Notes under the pieces: model-generated
Told to the model about the DNA's origin: nothing
What the model saw: the letters and a program-made list of their open reading frames with translations, nothing else
Database searches by the model: none
Position numbers and translations under genes: made by a program
Shown here: positions 48,944 to 59,423 of the stretch, piece by piece
How the letters are laid out: every line of letters starts with the position of its first letter
How positions within the stretch are numbered: the stretch's first letter is position 1
DNA from: Thermoplasmata archaeon
Lineage (GTDB): Archaea; Thermoplasmatota; Thermoplasmata; Halarchaeoplasmatales; Halarchaeoplasmataceae
Assembly: GCA_003552585.1 (NCBI GenBank)
Contig: PUNK01000015.1
Coordinates: 12,513 to 76,512, forward strand
Direction: 5' to 3'
Length of the DNA: 64,000 nucleotides

Positions 48944-50521
48944 TTATCGGATAGGAACAAGTGATATCCAAGGACTGCCCTTCTCTTCGTCGGTTACGAT
49001 AGCATACAATCCTGTTTTTGGTTTTATTCCATAAATACAGGGAGTTTTGCCGATGGATGTGACCACAAAATAGGTGTCCGCCATGTTTTTTATTTCTGGT
49101 TTTAGCTGAAGACCATGTTTTATGATACCTATTCCTAGATTTTTTGATATCTTTGTATTGGCCACCGCTTCAAGGAGGTCTTTGATGGCCATCTCATCTC
49201 CCATCAAATACTCCAAAGTGTCGAAGCCAGTGTAATCGATCATAGGGGTTTTTCCGCCATCAGTAATCTCGTTGATCTGCTGATTGTAAATCTTTCCAAC
49301 TTGGTCTCTTTTTTTGCCCCCTAATGCCATCATATAAGGATTCTCAGTGCTTGAGGAGAAATAATCTACTATCCTAAACCTGCTGTCAAATACGTCCTCA
49401 GATATGAAACGTGTGAGATCCTCCCTCAAATTATCTGGATGAGTTCCACCGGAAAGTACACCGAGAATCCCTCTATTTTGAGTCAGGAAATTAAGGAAAA
49501 TTGGTCTCAAAACGGAGAAGTATTCTTCAGTACTAACATCTTCCATAATTTCAAAAACGTTGTAGCTGCCTTTTTCAAATCCTCCTTCGAGTAACTCATC
49601 TAAGTCAGTAGTACCAGTGCTGTATTTGTGTTCCTTGTCATTGATCGGTTTCCACTCCTTATGCTCTTCAACACTAACTCTATAAGGTTCGAAACACGTA
49701 AACCTGCCCCCGTAAAGGGTCATAAGATAAGTAGGCTGTTTGATACCAATACCTCTTAATTTCTTCAACTGTATTTGTCTGACGTCTCTGTTTTCGATCT
49801 GAAACCTTTCAAGTTTTATGACACCATCGACCAGATATTCAAGAGCTCTAGCATCTTCTTTCTCTAAAACCAATAGAAGATTAGTTCCTGAATTCTCGAC
49901 TAGGTCCTTCTGAAGAGTCATTATAAAAGTTTCCGCATCAAGACCATATTTATGAGTTAATCCTTCAACACTGTCGATAACTAACATCGTCCTTTCAGGA
50001 AGAATTTTATCAATACGATCATAGATCCGTTCAAGTCCCGGAATCTTTTTATCTAGTCCTTTAAGCATCGTTCTGTTCACTTCTGTAGGCATCTCATCCG
50101 TCTCAATAGTCCCAAGGAACTGTTTTGCAGATTCGATCTTCTTCTTTTCAGATTCGGGTAATTCTTCCTCCTCTTCCTCGATGTCTCTATATAATGTTTC
50201 TAGAAAGACTTTGCTCGAATCAACAATTCTGTTTTTCATCTCTTTTTCTTCTAGCCAGGGAAATTGTTGGTAAAGACTGTGGTCTGAAACCCTTGTAGAT
50301 AAATAAAAGCTACGATCAGGATCGCCGACCTCCTCTATAAGTTGAAGTGAAAGTGTGGTTTTACCTGTCCCAGCAGTACCTTTAACCATAAGAGAGGAGC
50401 CGCCTTTTTTCCCGATAAAATTGATGACCTCTTTAGGGATGGCTATATCGTGTTTACTTTTGCTATCTCGAACTACATCCATCTTTTTATTTTTTATTGG
50501 CTCAGATTCCATTTTCTCCAC
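48944..50521 (-). CDS. Double-domain KaiC-like (RecA-superfamily) ATPase
   Basis: N-domain Walker A MVKGTAGTGKTTLSLQ. A second KaiC-like domain has a degenerate P-loop. 525 aa. Confidence 0.68.
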   Translation of the reverse strand: MEKMESEPIKNKKMDVVRDSKSKHDIAIPKEVINFIGKKGGSSLMVKGTAGTGKTTLSLQLIEEVGDPDRSFYLSTRVSDHSLYQQFPWLEEKEMKNRIVDSSKVFLETLYRDIEEEEEELPESEKKKIESAKQFLGTIETDEMPTEVNRTMLKGLDKKIPGLERIYDRIDKILPERTMLVIDSVEGLTHKYGLDAETFIMTLQKDLVENSGTNLLLVLEKEDARALEYLVDGVIKLERFQIENRDVRQIQLKKLRGIGIKQPTYLMTLYGGRFTCFEPYRVSVEEHKEWKPINDKEHKYSTGTTDLDELLEGGFEKGSYNVFEIMEDVSTEEYFSVLRPIFLNFLTQNRGILGVLSGGTHPDNLREDLTRFISEDVFDSRFRIVDYFSSSTENPYMMALGGKKRDQVGKIYNQQINEITDGGKTPMIDYTGFDTLEYLMGDEMAIKDLLEAVANTKISKNLGIGIIKHGLQLKPEIKNMADTYFVVTSIGKTPCIYGIKPKTGLYAIVTDEEKGSPWISLVPIR

Positions 50522-50526
50522 CTACT

Positions 50527-50952
50527 CTATCTTTTGAATTCCTTTGATTCTTCAATGCTCATTGCAATTTTTGATAAATCTTTCATGAGCTTATTTTTTT
50601 CAGATGTTTCGCCTAACAATGAAAGAACTGCATTCTTTCCAACACCTTTGATTAACAATATATCTTCATCCGAAGATACCTCTACTATTTGGGGCTCGCT
50701 TTTATCAAAACTCGCAAATATAACGTCAGAAGCACCCAATATAGTTGCGGATAGTGCACTAAAACTCTCGTTTTTTTCCTGCTTTTCCATTTTTGTAGCT
50801 AGTGGAATGCCATTCTTCGAAGCAAGTACTAAGGCTTCCATATAATCATGGAAATTCTCTTCAAATATTGACTCGACCTCTGTTTTTATAGTGATAGTTC
50901 CACGCTCCTGTGGTTTGTAAGAATTCTTAATAAGGGTAGATGATGTTAACAT
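50527..50952 (-). CDS. Roadblock/LC7 (MglB-like) domain protein
   Basis: 141 aa, LC7-like alpha/beta pattern (ALVLASKNGIPLA...ILLIKGVGKNAVLSL). Confidence 0.45.
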   Translation of the reverse strand: MLTSSTLIKNSYKPQERGTITIKTEVESIFEENFHDYMEALVLASKNGIPLATKMEKQEKNESFSALSATILGASDVIFASFDKSEPQIVEVSSDEDILLIKGVGKNAVLSLLGETSEKNKLMKDLSKIAMSIEESKEFKR

Positions 50953-50973
50953 ATTTAAGTTTTGACCGAGTTT

Positions 50974-51198
50974 TCACATGAAATCAAATAGATGAAAATC
51001 CCTCCGACCCTGCATTTTCTTCTTCATCTCTGACACCAAAGAACGATAATAAGACAGATAGTTTCTTACGTTCTCCAATTCATTTAATAGCCTTTTTTCT
51101 TCCTCATTTAGTTCATCGATCTCTGATTGTATTTCCTTCAGCCTATTACGACTTTCCCTCAATTGATCCTTTATTCCCTTCAGGGTTCTTTCATCCAT
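50974..51198 (-). CDS. Small coiled-coil protein
   Basis: Heptad-rich sequence, 74 aa. Confidence 0.3.
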   Translation of the reverse strand: MDERTLKGIKDQLRESRNRLKEIQSEIDELNEEEKRLLNELENVRNYLSYYRSLVSEMKKKMQGRRDFHLFDFM

Positions 51199-51203
51199 GA
51201 ACT

Positions 51204-51440
51204 TTACCTCACACTATCCCCCATTCTTTCGATCGAAGATGTGAAATCCCTTTCATCCTTTGTCAGAGTCATCAAGGTTTCCTCTAGGGACGTTATTTCA
51301 TCTTTTAGATTTTTGACCTTTTTTTTAAGTTCATGTTTTTCTTTTCGAATTGATTCGATACGACGTAGAAGTTCGAGTTCTCTCTCCTCCCATCTTCTTT
51401 TTTCCTCGATCGCCATGAGCGTTTTATCACTCGAAGACAT
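51204..51440 (-). CDS. Small coiled-coil protein. It is 5 nt upstream of the previous one in a different frame, so it could be the frameshifted N-terminal half of one gene.
   Basis: Heptad-rich sequence, 78 aa. Confidence 0.3.
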   Translation of the reverse strand: MSSSDKTLMAIEEKRRWEERELELLRRIESIRKEKHELKKKVKNLKDEITSLEETLMTLTKDERDFTSSIERMGDSVR

Positions 51441-51449
51441 GTCTATCTT

Positions 51450-52037
51450 TCACCCATTCCTTTTTTTCATTTTTATTTTTCCATATAGGGTCGATAATTT
51501 GCGAGTTTCTCTCCGGTCACAATAGGGACAATAAAGAGTATCTTGAGTCCTCTCCATGGCTCTCCTGCAGTTGAAACAATATCCACGCACAACACCAAGA
51601 TCACTTCCGATCGTAGTGAGTTGAATAGAAGGCTCCATCTGGATAATCTTTGCTCTTACAATATCTCCCTTCAGATACTTATCCTTTACCTTTTCCGTAT
51701 AATCATCTGAGATTTTTGATATATGTATGGTCCCTTCGATATCCATACGGACACCTCTTGAATGTCCTTCGACTAATTCTATATTCATAATTGCTATAGA
51801 TTTCCTTCTATCTCTTATCTCACCGTATACTATATCACCCTCTTTCAAATCTGTAACTGGATTGATCGATCTAACGTGTGCAACTAACTCATCCTCGTCG
51901 TATTCTACACGTCCAAATGTTTTAGAATAAATTATTCCGTTCTCTTCATATGTTCCTTCACCGGGCATCCATTCCTCATGGGTACCAACTCTGTCGCCGG
52001 GCATCACGATTTTCTCTTTGGTTTCAGCCATCTTCAT
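51450..52037 (-). CDS. csl4: Exosome complex RNA-binding subunit Csl4
   Basis: N-terminal domain, S1 domain and C-terminal zinc ribbon CFNC..CPYC. Confidence 0.8.
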   Translation of the reverse strand: MKMAETKEKIVMPGDRVGTHEEWMPGEGTYEENGIIYSKTFGRVEYDEDELVAHVRSINPVTDLKEGDIVYGEIRDRRKSIAIMNIELVEGHSRGVRMDIEGTIHISKISDDYTEKVKDKYLKGDIVRAKIIQMEPSIQLTTIGSDLGVVRGYCFNCRRAMERTQDTLYCPYCDRRETRKLSTLYGKIKMKKRNG

Positions 52038-52659
52038 TCCTCTTTGATATTAACAGCATTGCCTCAAAATACTTTTTGGGTTTGCTGTGAAAGTTGAATT
52101 GCCTATCTATTTCCAACATATATCTTTTTTCCCCCTCTATCTTATACCCTAAATCCTGTAAAAAAGACTTTACAAAGTCTACAGATTTAGAATTGTGAAG
52201 GCTGTAAATATTAGGGGCAGTATCAACAGCCTTTTTCAAAAATGGCCGGTCAGCCCCCTTTTTCTGTGAACCAAACGGGGGGTTCATCAGTACTGTATCA
52301 CCCTTTTTATCAAAATCGTTTATATCCTGATGATAGAAGGTAATATTTTCACATCCCCACTTTTGGGCTATTTTTTTTGCCTTTTTTAAAGCATCTTCAT
52401 CTAAATCCACAGCATGTATGTAAGCAGCTTGTAATAAACATGCACCTAATGTGAAAATTCCCGTACCACAACCAAGATCCAAGACAATCTTAGATTGTAT
52501 GTCTCCTCTCGAATAGGCTAAAAATAAGATATCTGCAGCAACAGATGCTGATGTTACATATTGTTCAAGCCTGGCCTTGGGTTTTGGATGTGGGGGTATC
52601 TCTTCGAGCACTATCTCTAAATCCTTCTTTTTAATAGCTTTTGCTTCGAACGAGAGCAT
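52024..52659 (-). CDS. METTL5-like N6-adenine RNA methyltransferase (NPPFG class)
   Basis: VLDLGCGTGIFTLGA (motif I) and VLMNPPFG (motif IV). Confidence 0.6.
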   Translation of the reverse strand: MLSFEAKAIKKKDLEIVLEEIPPHPKPKARLEQYVTSASVAADILFLAYSRGDIQSKIVLDLGCGTGIFTLGACLLQAAYIHAVDLDEDALKKAKKIAQKWGCENITFYHQDINDFDKKGDTVLMNPPFGSQKKGADRPFLKKAVDTAPNIYSLHNSKSVDFVKSFLQDLGYKIEGEKRYMLEIDRQFNFHSKPKKYFEAMLLISKRNEDG

Positions 52660-52661
52660 GC

Positions 52662-53048
52662 CTATCCTTCACCAACCCTTTTCCAAACTTCGTCTGACAG
52701 TCCTTCGTATACAGAAGTTTCTTCTTCTTCCTCCACTTCCTCTTTCTCTTTCTTTTCAAGTAACTTCCAAATTTTATTCTCTTTGATACGCCAATAATGA
52801 ATTCTCCATCTTTTACCGCTTGGAAGTATAGTAGTTTCTTCTTCAGTGGTCAATATATCATAATCTTCGAGCATATAAAACAAGTCTCTTTCTTCTTTAG
52901 ATATAATATTATCAGTTATAGTGGTGTCGTATCCAAAGAGTGCCATAACCTTTTCAGCTATCTGATCGGCCTCATCCTTATCGATATCCCTTTCTTGTAA
53001 GACTTTTCTTAGCACTCTCTTCATGTCATCCAACTGTACTCTTGCCAC
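52662..53048 (-). CDS. Hypothetical acidic protein
   Basis: ORF only. Glu-rich C-terminus. Confidence 0.3.
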   Translation of the reverse strand: MARVQLDDMKRVLRKVLQERDIDKDEADQIAEKVMALFGYDTTITDNIISKEERDLFYMLEDYDILTTEEETTILPSGKRWRIHYWRIKENKIWKLLEKKEKEEVEEEEETSVYEGLSDEVWKRVGEG

Positions 53049-53135
53049 ATTTTACCTCCAGCTTAAAAAGGAAAAGAATGACGATGTTATAAATTTATCG
53101 AATAATATAAGGTTTGTTAATTGTTCTTTATACCA

Positions 53136-54113
53136 TCAAGGATTGATTTCTATCCCTATCTCCTCTGCAATTTCTTTATATCTGTTTCTAATGGTTACTT
53201 CTGTCACACCTGCTACTTCTGCTATAGCTCGTTGAGTTCGAGGAGTCCCTTCAACTATTGAAGCGATATATATCGCAGCAGCTGCAACACCTGTAGGACC
53301 CTTACCTGAAGTCAGGCCCAATTCTGTTGCCTTAGAGATTATATCTTCACCACGAGAGATCACATCCCTATCTAGTTCTAATTTGCTACAGAATCTAGTT
53401 ATGTACTCTTCCGGTCGGGTAGGCATAAGTTTCAAGCTCAATTCCCTAGATAAAAATCTGTAAGCACGTCCAATTTGTTTTTCATCTGAATCAGCGGCTT
53501 GTGATATTTCAGTAAGGGTTCTTGGTACATTGCATTTCCTGCAGCCAGCATAAAGGGAAGACGCTATCACAGTTTCTATACTCCTTCCCCGGATGAGGTT
53601 CTTTTCAACCGCTTGACGGTAGATCATAGCTGCAGTCTCCCTTATGCTACGTGGAAGTCCCATCTTGGAAGAAAGTCGATCTAATTCTCGAAGTGCGGAG
53701 GCAAGATTTCTTTCTGTAGCATTTGATATCCTAATCCTTCTATGCCACTTCCTTACTCTGTATACCTGGCCTCTATTCTTATGAGGTATCGTCCTTCCAT
53801 AAGCATCTTTATTTTTCCATGATATATGTGTAGAAAGACCTTTGTCGTGGGTCAAGTAATTCATAGGAGCACCAGTCCTAGCTCGATTCTCTCTTTGGAC
53901 ACTGTCGAACGCGCGCCATTCAGGCCCTTCATCTATATAGTAATCGTCTATAACAAGGCCGCACTTTTCACAAATAACTTCACCACGTCCATAGTCCTTA
54001 GATATATGCAATCCTCCGCATTCAGGACACTCTTTTATTTTTTCAACACGTACTTCTTTCTCCCTTTGCATAATATCTCCATCAATAGGGTTTTTTCTCC
54101 ATCTTCGACACAC
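53136..54113 (-). CDS. tfb: Transcription initiation factor IIB
   Basis: Zinc ribbon CPECGG..CEKCG, B-reader, two cyclin folds ([20 protein letters not shown] ... [38 protein letters not shown]). Confidence 0.92.
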   Translation of the reverse strand: MCRRWRKNPIDGDIMQREKEVRVEKIKECPECGGLHISKDYGRGEVICEKCGLVIDDYYIDEGPEWRAFDSVQRENRARTGAPMNYLTHDKGLSTHISWKNKDAYGRTIPHKNRGQVYRVRKWHRRIRISNATERNLASALRELDRLSSKMGLPRSIRETAAMIYRQAVEKNLIRGRSIETVIASSLYAGCRKCNVPRTLTEISQAADSDEKQIGRAYRFLSRELSLKLMPTRPEEYITRFCSKLELDRDVISRGEDIISKATELGLTSGKGPTGVAAAAIYIASIVEGTPRTQRAIAEVAGVTEVTIRNRYKEIAEEIGIEINP

Positions 54114-54175
54114 ATATATAAATATTCCCCGGAGTGAAGGAAAGATTTATTTCTTAAAAAATACGATAATGTTAC

Positions 54176-54484
54176 ATGTACTCTATCATATACACCACTG
54201 TAGGGGACGAAATGCAAGGTAAAGAGCTTGCACGTGAATTACTAGATTGTGAACTAATAGCATGTGCAAATATGATGAAAATGAGATCTTTATATCACTG
54301 GGAGGGAGATCTAGTTGAGGATACCGAGTTTGCCGTTCTACTAAAAACAAAGGGTTCTCTTGTTGATAAGGTTGTCCGCACGATTGAAAAAATCCACCCT
54401 TACGATGTTCCTTGTGTTCTTGAATTTGAGGTAAATAAAGGTTCTAGTGGTTATCTAGAATGGATAGACGAACAAACATCTTAA
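54176..54484 (+). CDS. cutA: Divalent-cation tolerance protein CutA
   Basis: YSIIYTTVGD...SLYHWEGDLVEDTEFAVLLKT...YDVPCVLEF. Confidence 0.75.
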   Translation: MYSIIYTTVGDEMQGKELARELLDCELIACANMMKMRSLYHWEGDLVEDTEFAVLLKTKGSLVDKVVRTIEKIHPYDVPCVLEFEVNKGSSGYLEWIDEQTS

Positions 54485-55107
54485 TCCAATATTTTCACAG
54501 GTGTATCGACCATATCTATCAATTTTTTTGCCCACCTAAGTTTTTTTAGTTTAATATGTGGTTTCATAGAACCAGATGCAGGTGAGTCAAAGTTCCAACC
54601 ATTCAAAATAACTTCTTTTGCCCCAAAATGATCTGCTATGAAAACTGCCCTATCTCCATCTGTAAATCCACCGAAATTATAGATCCCTGGGGGTGGGGCG
54701 CATTGGCATGTGCAAATCACATGGCCTGTGAATCTTGATGCCCAACGTTTGATAAGATCTATGTTATCCCCGTGCGCATGAATAACTGCTGGAACCCCTT
54801 CCGAATTCAAGTCCTGTTGAGCTTTTGCATCACCATCTAAATCAGTTACTAATAGGTCAGGCTTGCCCCCCACTTCTAAAGAAGGTGTTAGTGCAGAACC
54901 TGCAATTATCTGTATATCACAACATGATTTTTCTATAAGTGGACCGTGTATCTCAACTCTTTTTCCCTTCAACATTTTGAGAGGGGCCAGATCGTCACTT
55001 ATTCTTGACTCCGCCAAGGCTAAAGCAGAATTAATGTCCTCTTCTTCAGAATAATTAAAATCTTTTATTATCTCGTTATAGAGTGGATACCAAATATCAT
55101 AATCCAT
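54481..55107 (-). CDS. MptE-like 6-hydroxymethyl-dihydropterin diphosphokinase (DUF115)
   Basis: LLVTDLDGD...AVIHAHGDNID is a DUF115-type motif arrangement. Confidence 0.45.
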   Translation of the reverse strand: MDYDIWYPLYNEIIKDFNYSEEEDINSALALAESRISDDLAPLKMLKGKRVEIHGPLIEKSCCDIQIIAGSALTPSLEVGGKPDLLVTDLDGDAKAQQDLNSEGVPAVIHAHGDNIDLIKRWASRFTGHVICTCQCAPPPGIYNFGGFTDGDRAVFIADHFGAKEVILNGWNFDSPASGSMKPHIKLKKLRWAKKLIDMVDTPVKILD

Positions 55108-55110
55108 AAA

Positions 55111-56235
55111 TCATTCATCCTCTTGCTCATCATTGCCTTTCACAGCTCGGTGGGTCAACCCGCCTAAGATGGCTATGCATAGACCCAAGGTCATATTTAC
55201 AGCAACCATAGGAAGAACACTCATCACTTCTTCCCCATATATCATGACTTGGATATAGTCAAAGGTGCCCCACAATATAAAGGTCAATGCAAGAAGTGAA
55301 GTAACGACAGCCCAAAATGATTTCTTTATCTTTCCCTGACTTAGATATATATGAATCACTTGACCAAGTTCATGTAGGAAAATTCCAACGATCCACCACC
55401 ATATTACAGTCTGAAAAAAAGTAAGTATCTGAATTAAAGGTGACTCATCAAGCATTTCGGTTACTGCATTCCACCCTGCTGCAGCCCCACCTAGAACTAT
55501 CAAAACGCCCACTACCGTGAAAGGAAGCCACACTGCTGCTGTGCTGATCGCATCTCTTATGTCTTTATAATAGTTATACATCTTTTGATCCAGGTCATGG
55601 ATCCTCACAAATATATAAACACCCAAAATGAAAGATATTATCGTCAGTGCATAGCCAGACAATCCGATCAATGCCTCACCACCGGTCATAAAAATATCCC
55701 ATGCTAGTCCTATAATGCCAAAAAAACCGTATACCAGAAGGGCAAGGGAGATAGGAAGGAGTATCTTTTTCTTTGCCCTTTCCTCCTGCAGACTCTTTAC
55801 AAGCATATAATATATATTCTCCACACTTTCACTCTGTTTTATATAAACAGTTTTCACGTGGGATATATCTACTTTTGAAGATACTATGGGAGTAACATAT
55901 TCATCCTCTGCCCCATCTGAAACTATAACCACTGTATCGGGAGTCAATTCCTTTAGAACCACATCCAACTCGCTACTAAGTTTAAGATCCGATTTGTACC
56001 CAATACTTTGAGACCCGCAAACAGTTGCTATTACCACATCCTCTCCCTTTTTCTTGAGGTTGTCATATGTTGAAATCGCTGAGAATAAGGAGTTCGTGTC
56101 TGAATCTTCTGGATCTTTCAATCCTAATTTAACTGCCGCTTTCAGGTTAGCCTTTCTACCTATTATTGGAGTATCGATACCTGTTTTTGAACCGATATCA
56201 TCGTCCCTATCTATACATAATATAAGCTTCTTCAT
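55111..56235 (-). CDS. DUF373-like membrane protein (soluble N-domain plus 7 TM)
   Basis: MKKLILCIDRDDDIGSKTGIDTPIIGRKANLKAAVKLGLKDPEDSD N-domain, then hydrophobic helices. Confidence 0.4.
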   Translation of the reverse strand: MKKLILCIDRDDDIGSKTGIDTPIIGRKANLKAAVKLGLKDPEDSDTNSLFSAISTYDNLKKKGEDVVIATVCGSQSIGYKSDLKLSSELDVVLKELTPDTVVIVSDGAEDEYVTPIVSSKVDISHVKTVYIKQSESVENIYYMLVKSLQEERAKKKILLPISLALLVYGFFGIIGLAWDIFMTGGEALIGLSGYALTIISFILGVYIFVRIHDLDQKMYNYYKDIRDAISTAAVWLPFTVVGVLIVLGGAAAGWNAVTEMLDESPLIQILTFFQTVIWWWIVGIFLHELGQVIHIYLSQGKIKKSFWAVVTSLLALTFILWGTFDYIQVMIYGEEVMSVLPMVAVNMTLGLCIAILGGLTHRAVKGNDEQEDE

Positions 56236-56346
56236 CTGTGTCTCCTTGAGGTTTTAATCAACTTGTGATAGATATTTAATATTTTCCAAGATTTAACTTG
56301 TTATTCCGATAACTAAATAAGTAGTATATATTAATAACCATCAACA

Positions 56347-56841
56347 ATGCATCTCTCGATAAGAAAAGCTAGGTTGGAAGATGTACCAATCCTTACAGAT
56401 ATTGAGATGAAATCACTAGGTCCTATTTGGAAAAAGGAAAAGATCGATTATAAAAAAGATTATCTCTTTGAACATATTGAACAAGGTGTGCTGGAAAATA
56501 ATATAGTGATAATTGAAAGAAGGGACTCGATCCTTGCTTTTTCATATTCAATAATATATGAAGATGTGGTCACTGGAGCTATAGTAAAAGAGATAAGTAC
56601 TTTAGCAGTACATCCTGATCATTTAGGAGAAGGGCTCGGGTCTTTATTATTGGAGCAGGAGGAAAGAGATGCGATCGAAAAAAAAGTTAATATTATAAAA
56701 TTGGAAGTACTATCACGTAATAAAAGGGCTTTGCGTTTTTACGAGAAAGATGGCTTCGTAGAAAAGAAAAAAATAATGGTAAAAAAATTATCAGATAACG
56801 AAGAAAATAATCAAAATAATGAAACCAAGGAGAATGACTGA
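56347..56841 (+). CDS. GNAT N-acetyltransferase (RimI-like)
   Basis: VHPDHLGEGLGSLLL...RALRFYEKDGF. Confidence 0.7.
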   Translation: MHLSIRKARLEDVPILTDIEMKSLGPIWKKEKIDYKKDYLFEHIEQGVLENNIVIIERRDSILAFSYSIIYEDVVTGAIVKEISTLAVHPDHLGEGLGSLLLEQEERDAIEKKVNIIKLEVLSRNKRALRFYEKDGFVEKKKIMVKKLSDNEENNQNNETKEND

Positions 56842-57728
56842 TGCGAAAAATTACCCTGAGTATGAAAGGTAGGCTTAAAATTGCCTTGGTCATCAATTTA
56901 AGCATACTGATTATTGAATTATTTGGATACTATATATCTGATTCATTAGCTCTATTAAGTGATGCTGGTCATGTTACAACAGATATTCTAGCTTTAGGCA
57001 CAGCCATAATTGCGATAAATCTTTCAGCCAAAGAGTTTCACGAAAGGGCGACCTTCGGCCACCACAGGGCAGAGGTACTTGCTGCGATCTTCAATTCTTT
57101 GATGCTTTTTGGGGTATGTGGTTACATTTTTTTCAGAGCATATCAACGTATTGTTGAACCTGTAGATGTGAAAACAACTGAGATGTTGATAGTTGCAGTT
57201 ATAGGTTTGATAGGTAATTCCTCGGCTGCTTATATACTCCATGGCCATAGTGACATCAACATTAGAGGTGCTTATCTACATCTGTTGTATGATGCTCTAT
57301 CGAGCATAGGAGTGGTTTTAGGTGCACTCCTTATAATGATGACGGGCTTTTTCATTTTAGATTCCGTTCTTAGCATTCTGATAGCAATACTAGTTTTATC
57401 TAGCTCTATAAAATTACTTAGGGAAGGGATCACCATCATAATGCAGTGGACCCCAGAGGGGTTGAATGTAAAAGACATAGTGGATCGGTTAAAAGAGTTA
57501 GACGAAGTCAAAGATGTACACGACGTCCATCTATGGACCCTTTGCTCATCCATATATTCTTTTTCAGCTCACATCGTTGTCGAAGAACAAAGACTCATAA
57601 AAACAGAGAAAATAAAGGCGGACATAAGAGATATATTACACGAAGAATACAATATACGCCATTCCACTTTAGAAATCGAATGTGTGGAGTGTGGAGACGA
57701 TATGATACAAACTGTTTGTCATGTGTAA
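56841..57728 (+). CDS. Cation diffusion facilitator (CDF) metal efflux transporter
   Basis: 6 TM helices, HxxxD motifs (SDAGHVTTDI, HLLYDALSSIGV), C-terminal cytoplasmic domain. Confidence 0.8.
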   Translation: MRKITLSMKGRLKIALVINLSILIIELFGYYISDSLALLSDAGHVTTDILALGTAIIAINLSAKEFHERATFGHHRAEVLAAIFNSLMLFGVCGYIFFRAYQRIVEPVDVKTTEMLIVAVIGLIGNSSAAYILHGHSDINIRGAYLHLLYDALSSIGVVLGALLIMMTGFFILDSVLSILIAILVLSSSIKLLREGITIIMQWTPEGLNVKDIVDRLKELDEVKDVHDVHLWTLCSSIYSFSAHIVVEEQRLIKTEKIKADIRDILHEEYNIRHSTLEIECVECGDDMIQTVCHV

Positions 57729-57777
57729 AAAAGGGACTCAACAATCTTTTATATGATGCATTAGCTCATAACTTCGC

Positions 57778-58476
57778 ATGATAACTATCCTAGGTGTTGG
57801 ACATGTATTCGATATACATGAAAAACTCCGTCATGAGATACTTAACAGAAGACCAAAAGCTGTAGCAGTAGAGCTTGATAGAGCAAGATATGAAGCTCTA
57901 AAATCAGGAGATAAAAGTGGTGAGGCACCGATCCTTTATCGAGTGATGTCATTGATACAAGAGAAAATAGCAGATGAATATGGGGTTGATCCAGGAAGTG
58001 AAATGCTTGTCGCTATCTCTGCTGCAAATGAAATCGGTGCGACAATAGCATTAATAGATTTACCTGCGCAGGTCGTATTTAAAAAAATGATGAGTTCGAT
58101 GTCTTTAAAAGAAAAGCTTTATTTGATGGCCGGGATGATTGGAGGGATGTTCGCATCCAAAGACACTATAGACAGGGAGATGGAGAGGTACGAAAAAAAC
58201 GAAGATACTTACATGGCCATTGTGGAAAAACAAATGCCCACTGTCACACGAGTACTTTTAGACGAAAGAAATGAGCATATGGCCAAAGAACTGGTAAAAC
58301 TAGAAGAACAGTTTCAAAACGTCTTGGCAGTAGTTGGAGACGGGCACATCAAAGGATTGGCCGATGAATTAGAAAATAGAGACGTTGAGATACTGAGACT
58401 TAAAGATATGAAAAGGAAAGAAGAACATTCCGAAATCAGTTTCTCTTATTCTTATAAGTATGATGAAGTTCAATAG
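57778..58476 (+). CDS. TraB-family protein (soluble domain)
   Basis: ITILGVGHVFDIHEKLRHEILNRRPKAVAVELDRARYEAL matches the TraB/GumN N-terminal consensus. Confidence 0.6.
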   Translation: MITILGVGHVFDIHEKLRHEILNRRPKAVAVELDRARYEALKSGDKSGEAPILYRVMSLIQEKIADEYGVDPGSEMLVAISAANEIGATIALIDLPAQVVFKKMMSSMSLKEKLYLMAGMIGGMFASKDTIDREMERYEKNEDTYMAIVEKQMPTVTRVLLDERNEHMAKELVKLEEQFQNVLAVVGDGHIKGLADELENRDVEILRLKDMKRKEEHSEISFSYSYKYDEVQ

Positions 58477-59414
58477 ATTTTCTTTTTGAAGTCATTTTCA
58501 TAATATTCTCTGTAAACTTCGTATTCCTTTTTCTTTCCTTTGTCGGGAGTGAGTACTATTCCAAACCAGACCGAGCCCACCATTGCTTCACCAACAACTA
58601 TTACCGATGTGATATACTCTGCAATACCCCATCCTGGTTCGATACTGCGAATATGTTCTATGTCAGCTATACAAAGCTCACAAAAATCAGTAGGAGGAGG
58701 TGCAGTAAATTCTCCTTCCTTTATTTGGACCGAAGCAGCCATCACACAAGGACCAGCAGATTCGTCACAATGATGAGGATAAGATTCGTCTTCATGAGCA
58801 CTTTCATACCCTATTCCAACCAGAGATATAAGATGACCAAACTCGTGGACCAGTACTGCGGATTCAACATCTTCGTAATCTAAATCTTGGCTACGTTGAG
58901 CTGCATTTTCGATGGTTGCCCTAAACATGACCACATAATGATTACCAAAGGTCAAACCCAATACGTTAGGTTCCTCCTCCCATTCCCCATCCAAGTAAAA
59001 AACGTTCATGACCATTGTATTGTCATCTCTCATGTATGTAGTATATTCATCAACAATAGAATAGATATCTTCTCTCGTGTAACTTCCCCTTTCCGAGTAA
59101 CCTCCACCCCAAATGTCTATTTCATCACTCATTACCTCCCTGATTTCCCTCTTTTCAGAGTAAGTTTCTATCCTCTCAACAAGTGTACTTCGTGCACTAT
59201 ATGAAGGTTGATAACCAACAACGTAATTATATTCTATTAGTAATTCTGAATATCTATCATCGTCGAGATACATCTGGGCATACTCGTAAGAAGTGTAAAG
59301 GTTCGCCTGATCCCTTAGGAAAACAGGTAGATGTGCTGCTGTTATCACGATAGATAATACGGTTATTATCACCACAATACTAGCTAGTATACGATTTCTT
59401 TTCATTTTTCTCAT
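58470..59414 (-). CDS. Membrane-anchored zinc metalloprotease (HEFGH, archaemetzincin-like)
   Basis: N-terminal TM anchor. AVLVHEFGHLISLVG plus downstream His/Cys cluster HHCDESAGPCVM. Confidence 0.5.
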   Translation of the reverse strand: MRKMKRNRILASIVVIITVLSIVITAAHLPVFLRDQANLYTSYEYAQMYLDDDRYSELLIEYNYVVGYQPSYSARSTLVERIETYSEKREIREVMSDEIDIWGGGYSERGSYTREDIYSIVDEYTTYMRDDNTMVMNVFYLDGEWEEEPNVLGLTFGNHYVVMFRATIENAAQRSQDLDYEDVESAVLVHEFGHLISLVGIGYESAHEDESYPHHCDESAGPCVMAASVQIKEGEFTAPPPTDFCELCIADIEHIRSIEPGWGIAEYITSVIVVGEAMVGSVWFGIVLTPDKGKKKEYEVYREYYENDFKKKIY

Positions 59415-59423
59415 CTTTATAAT

